From positions 13,896 through 77,895 of the forward strand of contig JANOAK010000023.1 of NCBI GenBank assembly GCA_031411095.1: 64,000 nt of DNA, in the 5' to 3' direction. The notes beneath the pieces were generated by a model, which was given only the letters and a program-made list of their open reading frames with translations, made no database searches and was not told where the DNA came from. Below, piece after piece: positions 57,895 to 64,000 of this stretch. The translations under genes were made by a program, and so were the position numbers. Every line of letters begins with the position of its first letter. Position 1 is the first letter of the stretch. The DNA is from Flavobacteriales bacterium. Its GTDB lineage: Bacteria > Bacteroidota > Bacteroidia > Flavobacteriales_F > PHOS-HE28.

Positions 57895-59499
57895 ATGTTC
57901 CGCCCGCTACTGCACCTGCTCCTGCTCCTGTCCCTGCTCCTGACCTTGCCCCTGTCCCTCAAGGCCCAATCGGTGCTCCCGTATGTCGACTACTACGACA
58001 GCCTGCGCACGCAGAAGCGCAGTGAAGGCCTCATGATCAACGGACGGGAATGGAATGAATGGAAGTTCTGGGACCGCAGCGGTCATTTGATGGAGAAGGC
58101 CGATTTCAAGAGCGGGGAACGCAACGGGCATGTGGTGATCTATTACGACAACGACACCGTACAGCACGATGGCTGGATCCGATATGGGAAGCAGGACAGC
58201 ATCATGCGCAGCTTCTATCGCAACGGGAAGCTCATGGAGAGCGGACTGTATGAAAAAGGCGTGAAGCAGGGGGAGTGGAACTATTGGTACATCGATGGTC
58301 GGCCCATGTTGAAGGAAGTATGGGAGGATAGCATCGCACTGGCGATCGATGCCTGGGACCCGGACAGCACGCACACCCTGATCAAGGGCGATGGGCGGGT
58401 GCGGACCTATTACGCCAGCGGCGCGCTCAACAGCGAAGCGGACTACAAGGGCGGCGTGGTCAGCGGTGCGTATGTGGAACACTGGCCCGCTGGCAACGTG
58501 AAGGTGCAGGGCAACAACATCGCCGGTGTCCGCACGGGTGAATGGACCTGGTGGTTCAGCAATGGCAAGCCGGAAAAGAAGGCGACCTACGACCGCGGTA
58601 AACTGCACGGTTCCTTTGCCGTGTACTTTGATGATGGCACATTGAACACCGAAGGCTTCTACCTGGCCGGGAAAAAGGACAGCGTGTGGACATGGTACAC
58701 CGCCAAGGGTGAACGCGAAATGCTCGGCCACTTCAAGGCCGATGCGCAGAACGGATTGTGGAAATACTGGTACCCCACCGGGCAGCTCAGCAGCACAGGC
58801 CTGTTCGTGAACGGCCAGCAGGAAGGCGAGTGGGTGTACTACTACGAAGGCGGCGAACTATGGAAGAAAGGGAACTGGACCGCTGGGCGCAAGGAAGGTA
58901 TCTGGACAACGTGGTTCGAGAGCGGGCAGAAGCTGCAGGAAGGCAACTACGTCGCCGGAAAGGAGGACGGCGAATGGAAGAGCTGGTTCGCGAACGGGCA
59001 ACAGAAGGACATCGGCCACTTCAAGCAGGGGCGCATCGACGGGGCCTGGCACGGCTGGTATCCCGATGGCAAGGAAGAGTACATGGGCCTGTGGGCCAAC
59101 GACGCGAAGAACGGGCCGTGGAAGTTCTGGCAGGAGAACGGTCGCCCGCGCGAGGCCGGTACGTACAAGGACAATAGGAAGGAGGGGCATTGGGTCACCT
59201 ACAACACCCATGGCATCGTGATCAGCGAGGGCAGCTATGTGAACAACACCCCCAACGGCCCCTGGGTGTACTTCGATGATGCCGGCGTGAAGATGCGTGA
59301 ACAAGGATTCCTGAACGGCGATCCGCATGGCCACTGCGTGGTGTACGATCAGCGTGGCCGCATTGTGCAGGAGATGGATTACAAGCAGGGGCGGTTACAT
59401 GGCGTAATGACCATGTACGGCATCGATGGGAAGGTGCTGAAGACCATTACGTACGAGGATGGTGCGGTAAGGAAGACACCGCCGCCGGATAGGAAGTAG
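57895..59499 (+). CDS. MORN-repeat (YwqK-like) protein, secreted
   Basis: Signal peptide. More than 15 tandem G.W..W..NG MORN-variant repeats. Confidence 0.75.
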   Translation: MFRPLLHLLLLLSLLLTLPLSLKAQSVLPYVDYYDSLRTQKRSEGLMINGREWNEWKFWDRSGHLMEKADFKSGERNGHVVIYYDNDTVQHDGWIRYGKQDSIMRSFYRNGKLMESGLYEKGVKQGEWNYWYIDGRPMLKEVWEDSIALAIDAWDPDSTHTLIKGDGRVRTYYASGALNSEADYKGGVVSGAYVEHWPAGNVKVQGNNIAGVRTGEWTWWFSNGKPEKKATYDRGKLHGSFAVYFDDGTLNTEGFYLAGKKDSVWTWYTAKGEREMLGHFKADAQNGLWKYWYPTGQLSSTGLFVNGQQEGEWVYYYEGGELWKKGNWTAGRKEGIWTTWFESGQKLQEGNYVAGKEDGEWKSWFANGQQKDIGHFKQGRIDGAWHGWYPDGKEEYMGLWANDAKNGPWKFWQENGRPREAGTYKDNRKEGHWVTYNTHGIVISEGSYVNNTPNGPWVYFDDAGVKMREQGFLNGDPHGHCVVYDQRGRIVQEMDYKQGRLHGVMTMYGIDGKVLKTITYEDGAVRKTPPPDRK

Positions 59500-59619
59500 G
59501 TTGAGCGCGGTCCTCGCATCTGGAACGACCGGTCCGAACGTAACAAAGCCCCCCTTTCGGGAGGCCTTGTTACCTGTCGCTTCTCAGCCTTCTGGCAGCA
59601 GGCTCAGGTTCGCATGCTT

Positions 59620-60036
59620 CTAACGGTAGCCGTTGATATAAGCGTTGGCGATGATCTCGCTTTCCCTTACCAGCCCCTGCACGATCTCGCGGATCACATC
59701 GTTAAGCTGTTGATCGCTGAACCGATGCAGGTCGTTATACACATGCGTTTTTCGCTTGCTGCTCTTAATGAAGGCTATCTTGTCCTTCTTCGTCATGTCC
59801 CTTTCAACGGGAAAGTCGGGAAGGGGTTCCACACTGTCAGAAGATTGTTCCCCAGCCCGCGTCCCACGTGGAGGACGTCCATCAAATGCAACGGCGGATA
59901 TCAGCTTCCGGCCGTTCAGCCTGAAGTGATACCCGCCGTTGGCTTTCACCAAAAACGTCTGAAATGGACCGCCGTTCGTGCTTGCGGTCAAGGTCGATCG
60001 TGGATCGACAGCCCGAGCGCGACTTACGGGTCGCAA
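59620..60036 (-). CDS. Hypothetical protein with YegP/DUF1508-like segment
   Basis: GGYHFRLNGRKLISA resembles the DUF1508 core. Lower GC than surroundings. Start uncertain. Confidence 0.3.
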   Translation of the reverse strand: MRPVSRARAVDPRSTLTASTNGGPFQTFLVKANGGYHFRLNGRKLISAVAFDGRPPRGTRAGEQSSDSVEPLPDFPVERDMTKKDKIAFIKSSKRKTHVYNDLHRFSDQQLNDVIREIVQGLVRESEIIANAYINGYR

Positions 60037-60380
60037 ACTCGAACCTGTTAAGTGGTTGATATTCAGGAGGCGCGGCCTGCCAGGGGCTGGCTGCGAAGGC
60101 TGCTCATCAGGCGCAGGGCGTGCAGGTAACGTTCCACATCACCGGCCACCATGAGACGGGTGGCGGTCTGCTTCAATTTCTGGTAACGCTTCGAGTGGGT
60201 GAACATGGCGTTGATCATTAAGGGTCTGATTAAAGAACATTCAACCCCCGTGCCAAATTGCGTGGGGGCAACGGAGAAGCCCTGTTCACGGCACGTTCGG
60301 ACCTTCTGCCTACCGGGTGCCGCAGTGCCAGCCATGCCGTTCACCCGTTCCAAGGCTGCCTTCCCCTATCTTCGTGGCCG

Positions 60381-61031
60381 ATGCATCGCGGAGCATACCT
60401 TGTTGGTGTGGCCGGTGGCAGTGGATCGGGCAAGACGACCTTGATCCGCGCGCTACGCGAGAAATTGCCGTCGGGTACTGTCTGCCTCGTTTCGCAGGAC
60501 GATTATTACCATCCCATTGAGCAACAGGAACGCGACGCCAACGGGCGCGTGAACTTCGACCTGCCCACGGCCGTGAACCTCGATCTCCTCGCCGACGATC
60601 TGCGGGCACTGGCCAATGGCGAACCCATCTACCGCAAGGAGTACACCTTCAACCAGCCGGGCGTGGAACCCAAGTGGCTGGAGGTGAAGCCCGCCCCCGT
60701 GATCCTGGTCGAAGGACTGTTCGTCATGCACCATGCCCCCGTGCGCGACCAGTTCCAATTGAAGGTGTTCGTGGAGGCCAGTGAAGGCGTGCAGTTGGAC
60801 CGCCGACTGGCACGCGACGCCTCTGAACGCGGCTACGGACCGGAGGATGTGCGCTACCAGTGGGACAATCACGTAATGCCCGCTTATCGCAACTACCTGC
60901 TTCCATACCGTTCGCACTGCGATCTGCACGTCATCAACGAAGAGCGGTTCGACAAGGCCCTGCACGTGTTGCGCGACCACCTGCTCCAGCTCACGGGCGT
61001 CCGCGAGCTCGTGGAGGTCCACGGGATCTGA
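60381..61031 (+). CDS. udk: Uridine kinase
   Basis: P-loop GVAGGSGSGKTT and udk-specific motifs. Start at the internal ATG (ORF opens at 60258). Confidence 0.85.
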   Translation: MHRGAYLVGVAGGSGSGKTTLIRALREKLPSGTVCLVSQDDYYHPIEQQERDANGRVNFDLPTAVNLDLLADDLRALANGEPIYRKEYTFNQPGVEPKWLEVKPAPVILVEGLFVMHHAPVRDQFQLKVFVEASEGVQLDRRLARDASERGYGPEDVRYQWDNHVMPAYRNYLLPYRSHCDLHVINEERFDKALHVLRDHLLQLTGVRELVEVHGI

Positions 61032-61041
61032 CGCGTTTGCC

Positions 61042-61632
61042 TTAGGCCGTGTATAAGCCGTTCTGGCGGATGTACGCCAGCACTTCCGGCTTCACCAGCC
61101 CATCCAGGGGTTTCCAGTTCCTCAACCGCACGCGGATACCTGTGCTGCTCGTGTCCATCATCGGCGCATCCTGCACCAGCGTTACGGCGGGATGGTAGAG
61201 CATGTCGGCCCTGGCCAGGTGCTCCTCCAATCCGGGCCGCGGGTATACGAGCAGGGGATGATTGTCCACGATGGACTGCGGGTCCTTCCAGGTATGCAGG
61301 TCGGCCAGGTTGTCGCTGCCCACGATCAGGGAGAAGGTGTGCTGTGGCCAACGCTGGCGCATGAAGGCGAGCGTGTCGGTCGTGTAATTGGGTTTGGGCA
61401 GGTCGAGCTCGAATCCGCTGGCCACCAGGCCGGGCTCGCCGAGCACGGCGATGCGCGTCATGGCCAGCCGATGCTGTTCGGGACTCAGCTTGCGGTCCTG
61501 CTTGAAGGGATTCTGGGGGGTCACCACCAACCAGACCTGGTCGAGCTTGGCCGCCTTGAGCATATGCTTGGCAATGGCCACGTGCCCCATATGCGGGGGA
61601 TCGAAGGAACCGAAGAGACAGCCGATGTTCAT
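61042..61632 (-). CDS. nadD: Nicotinate-nucleotide adenylyltransferase
   Basis: GSFDPPHMGH (HxGH) motif and ...TSSTGIR... ISSTxxR motif. Confidence 0.85.
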   Translation of the reverse strand: MNIGCLFGSFDPPHMGHVAIAKHMLKAAKLDQVWLVVTPQNPFKQDRKLSPEQHRLAMTRIAVLGEPGLVASGFELDLPKPNYTTDTLAFMRQRWPQHTFSLIVGSDNLADLHTWKDPQSIVDNHPLLVYPRPGLEEHLARADMLYHPAVTLVQDAPMMDTSSTGIRVRLRNWKPLDGLVKPEVLAYIRQNGLYTA

Positions 61633-62300
61633 GACGTGCGGAGCGGGGTGTCGGGCGCAAGTGAACTTGCGAGGAACGTGCGCACCAGCTTTGACGCCTC
61701 GCGGCAGGCGCGGTCACGGTCGTCGTTCACTATCACCGCGTCGAAACGGTCCTGGAAGGTCATTTCATGGGCCGCTTTATCGATGCGCATCCGCAGGCTC
61801 TCCACGGTCTCGGTTTTGCGCCCGTACAGCCGGAGCTCCAGTGCATCGAGGGAGGGTGGCGCCACGAAGAGCGCCAGCGCATTGGTCTGGTACACCTCCT
61901 TCAGGTCCAGCCCGCCCACCACATCCACATCGAAAATGGCGTGGTGACCGTTGGACCAGATGCGATCCAGTTCGCTGCGCAGGGTGCCGTAGAACCGACC
62001 CGGATACACCTCCTCATACTCGACGAATTCGCCGGCGGCGATGCGGGACTTGAACTCCTCCACGGACAGGAAGTGGTAATCCTTTCCATCCACCTCGTTG
62101 GCGCGCATGGGCCTGCTGGTGGCGCTCACGCTGAACTCCAGGCCGATGTCCAACGACAGCAGGTGATGCACAATGGTCGTCTTGCCGGCACCACTGGGTG
62201 CTGAAACGATGATGCTTTTACCGGTGGCGATGGTCACGATGCGATGGTCCTGCGATGGAGGCCCCGGGGTCGGAGGCTTTGCGGGCGCAAAGGAATGCAC
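61629..62300 (-). CDS. gmk: Guanylate kinase
   Basis: P-loop SAPSGAGKTT and GMP-binding SATSR...YHF region. ATGA overlap with nadD. Start may be the GTG at 62237. Confidence 0.85.
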   Translation of the reverse strand: MHSFAPAKPPTPGPPSQDHRIVTIATGKSIIVSAPSGAGKTTIVHHLLSLDIGLEFSVSATSRPMRANEVDGKDYHFLSVEEFKSRIAAGEFVEYEEVYPGRFYGTLRSELDRIWSNGHHAIFDVDVVGGLDLKEVYQTNALALFVAPPSLDALELRLYGRKTETVESLRMRIDKAAHEMTFQDRFDAVIVNDDRDRACREASKLVRTFLASSLAPDTPLRTS

Positions 62301-62389
62301 TTCCGCGCTCGCTGCGAACGAAGAGATGCAACGAATGTGAACGCAGCGTTAACGGGGCGCAGATTACCATGCATCCGGTAACGCGATAC

Positions 62390-62900
62390 CCACCGCCTCC
62401 GGCGGCCTTCATGGCTTATTAACCACAGATGACACGGATGGATGCAGCTCCGCGGCGTCCGCGTCCCGCGTGATGTATAACCAACACCGCCTCCGGCGGT
62501 CTTCAATGCTTTTCAACCACAGATGGACACGGATGAACACAGATGAATGCAGAACCTGACCTCCTTCGTGGCCTCCGTGCCTCTGTGTGACGCCTGGCAC
62601 CTCCTTCGCGCTCTTTGCGGTAAAACCCCTTCTGCGCGCCCGCCTCCGGCGGCCTTCATGGCTTTTTTAACCGCAGATGACGCAGATGAATGGAGCAAGG
62701 CCCGCGTGAGGCTCCTTCAACGCTTTTTCAACCGCAGATGACACAGATGACGCAGATGGAAGCAAACGCTGACCTCCTCTGTGGCCTCCGTGCCACTATG
62801 TGATGCCTGGCACTCCCTTCGCGCCCTCTGCGTGCTCTGCGCCCCTCGCCTGCGCGGAAGCCGCTTCGGCGGGCGCAGGTCTGCGTGAGGCTCTGGTCAC
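62390..62900. repeat. Composite intergenic repeat region (two or three copies of a ~60-130-bp element plus nested sub-repeats CAGATGA(C)AC)
   Basis: Copies at ~62391-62447, ~62486-62620 and ~62639-62832, each starting with the hairpin CCGCCTCCGGCGG + TTCATGGCTTTT. The TGACCTCCT..GTGGCCTCCGTGCC..GCCTGGCAC..TTCGCGC block occurs twice. Confidence 0.75.
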
Positions 62901-62901
62901 C

Positions 62902-63792
62902 TCACAGCACGTTCAGCACCTGCTCCTTGATCTTCTCCAGTTCATCCTTCATCAACACCACATTGCGTTGCATGATCGCATCGTTGGCCTTGCTGCCCAG
63001 CGTGTTGATCTCGCGCCCCATCTCCTGCGTGATGAATCCGAGCTTACGGCCCTGTTGCTCTTCTTTTTCCAGCGTTTCGCGGAAGTAGGCGCAATGCGTG
63101 CGCAGCCGCACCTTCTCCTCGTTGATGTCCATCTTCTCCAGGTAGAACACCAGCTCCTGCTCAAAGCGGTCCTGGTCCACCTTGGCCTGCAGTTCCGCCA
63201 GGCGGCCTTGGATGCGCTCGCGCGTACGTTCGGCGCGACCGCTGTCCTGCGCGTCCACTTCATTCAGCAGGGACTCAATGCGATCGCAGCGCATGCGCAG
63301 GTCATCATGCAGTTTGCGGCCTTCCGCCTCGCGGAAGGACTGGTAGGCCTTCAGGGCTTCCTTCACCAGTGCATGCACGCCCTTCCATTCCAACTCGCCG
63401 AGGCTTTCGTTGGCGCTGCCGGTGACCTCGGGCATGCGCAGCACCAGTCCCATCAGGTCGGTCTGCGCATTGGGATCCACGGCCTGGGTCACGGCGAGGA
63501 GCTCGTCGTACATGGCCTTCACCAAGGCCGTATCGTAGCTGCCACGTCGCGTGCCGGGGGCCAGTTCGCTCTGCACGCTCACCTCGGCCTTGCCGCGCAT
63601 CACCGTTTCGCTCACCAGTTGTCGCAATTCGGTGTCCTTCTCCTTGTACAGGCTGGGCAGCTTGATGAAAAGGTCGAGCTGTTTGCTGTTCAGCGAGCGC
63701 ACTTCCACCGTGACCTTCTTGGCCGCAGTATTGGGGGTGCCCGGGTCGACCAGGCCTTCGGCGCGGCCGAAGCCGGTCATGGAGCGGAGCAT
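62902..63792 (-). CDS. yicC: YicC-family stress-induced protein (DUF1732)
   Basis: MLRSMTGFGRAEG...N-terminus and YicC C-terminal domain. Classic yicC-gmk neighbourhood. Confidence 0.8.
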   Translation of the reverse strand: MLRSMTGFGRAEGLVDPGTPNTAAKKVTVEVRSLNSKQLDLFIKLPSLYKEKDTELRQLVSETVMRGKAEVSVQSELAPGTRRGSYDTALVKAMYDELLAVTQAVDPNAQTDLMGLVLRMPEVTGSANESLGELEWKGVHALVKEALKAYQSFREAEGRKLHDDLRMRCDRIESLLNEVDAQDSGRAERTRERIQGRLAELQAKVDQDRFEQELVFYLEKMDINEEKVRLRTHCAYFRETLEKEEQQGRKLGFITQEMGREINTLGSKANDAIMQRNVVLMKDELEKIKEQVLNVL

Positions 63793-63852
63793 GCGATGTG
63801 TTCCTGTTGGAATGGGGATGGCGAAGGTAGAAGGGGCTTTGTCTTGGGAGAC

Positions 63853-64000
63853 CTATTCCAACAACACCCGCTGAGCTCCGTAGCCCTCTGCCCGCACGAT
63901 GTACAAACCATTGGCAAGGCCTGCGGTGCTGAAGGGAACCGTTGTGCCGAAGCCGGCGTTGACCACACGGCCCAGCTCATCAAGTAACTCAATGCGGCAG
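63853..64000 (-). CDS. C-terminal fragment of a T9SS-secreted protein (gene continues beyond the window end)
   Basis: Minus-strand frame reads ...IELLDELGRVVNAGFGTTVPFSTAGLANGLYIVRAEGYGAQRVLLE*, which is a type-A sorting domain. Confidence 0.6.
   Translation of the reverse strand, partial: CRIELLDELGRVVNAGFGTTVPFSTAGLANGLYIVRAEGYGAQRVLLE

Noticed and set aside
60063-60353. 96-aa ORF on the minus strand just upstream of udk
   Set aside because: No homology and weak codon bias. Likely udk promoter region.
62218-62741. Short ORFs (MKAAGGG... family) tiled over the gmk-yicC repeat region
   Set aside because: They are generated by the repeated DNA itself. Translations are Arg/Gly-rich nonsense with no start or stop conservation.

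Overview
High-GC (~65%) bacterial chromosome segment. Several secreted proteins carry type IX secretion (T9SS) C-terminal sorting domains, which points to Bacteroidota/Rhodothermota-like ancestry. Most of the window is core metabolism and envelope genes. These include a 3-hydroxyanthranilate dioxygenase + ACMSD pair (kynurenine branch), purF, dps, trxA, a formate-dehydrogenase alpha subunit, a NuoEF-like flavoprotein, udk, nadD, gmk, yicC, cytochromes and several T9SS cargo proteins. Three regions stand out. (1) 19.8-23.7 kb: a compact minus-strand operon kaiC-kaiB-kaiB-hybrid PAS histidine kinase/response regulator, with no kaiA, i.e. a KaiBC-type timing or signalling module. (2) ~27.5-36.1 kb: a horizontally acquired, lower-GC island. 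It begins with a 21-bp (heptad-coding) tandem repeat. It then carries an overlapping N6-adenine methyltransferase/restriction endonuclease pair, a RusA-like resolvase, and a two-gene module consisting of a 924-aa protein with an N-terminal restriction-endonuclease-like (DUF4365-like) domain plus a 408-aa HNH-nuclease-domain protein. This two-gene module is a candidate undescribed defence system. The modules are separated by three copies of a ~35-bp direct repeat. (3) 54.3-57.1 kb: a T9SS-exported pentaheme cytochrome c translationally coupled to a MOSC-domain protein. Also notable are a PETase-like alpha/beta hydrolase with a T9SS CTD, a 31-aa lysine-rich ORF followed by a perfect palindromic terminator, and a ~500-bp composite repeat region inserted between gmk and yicC. 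No rRNA, tRNA or CRISPR array was recognised. Hand-derived coordinates may be off by 1-2 nt.
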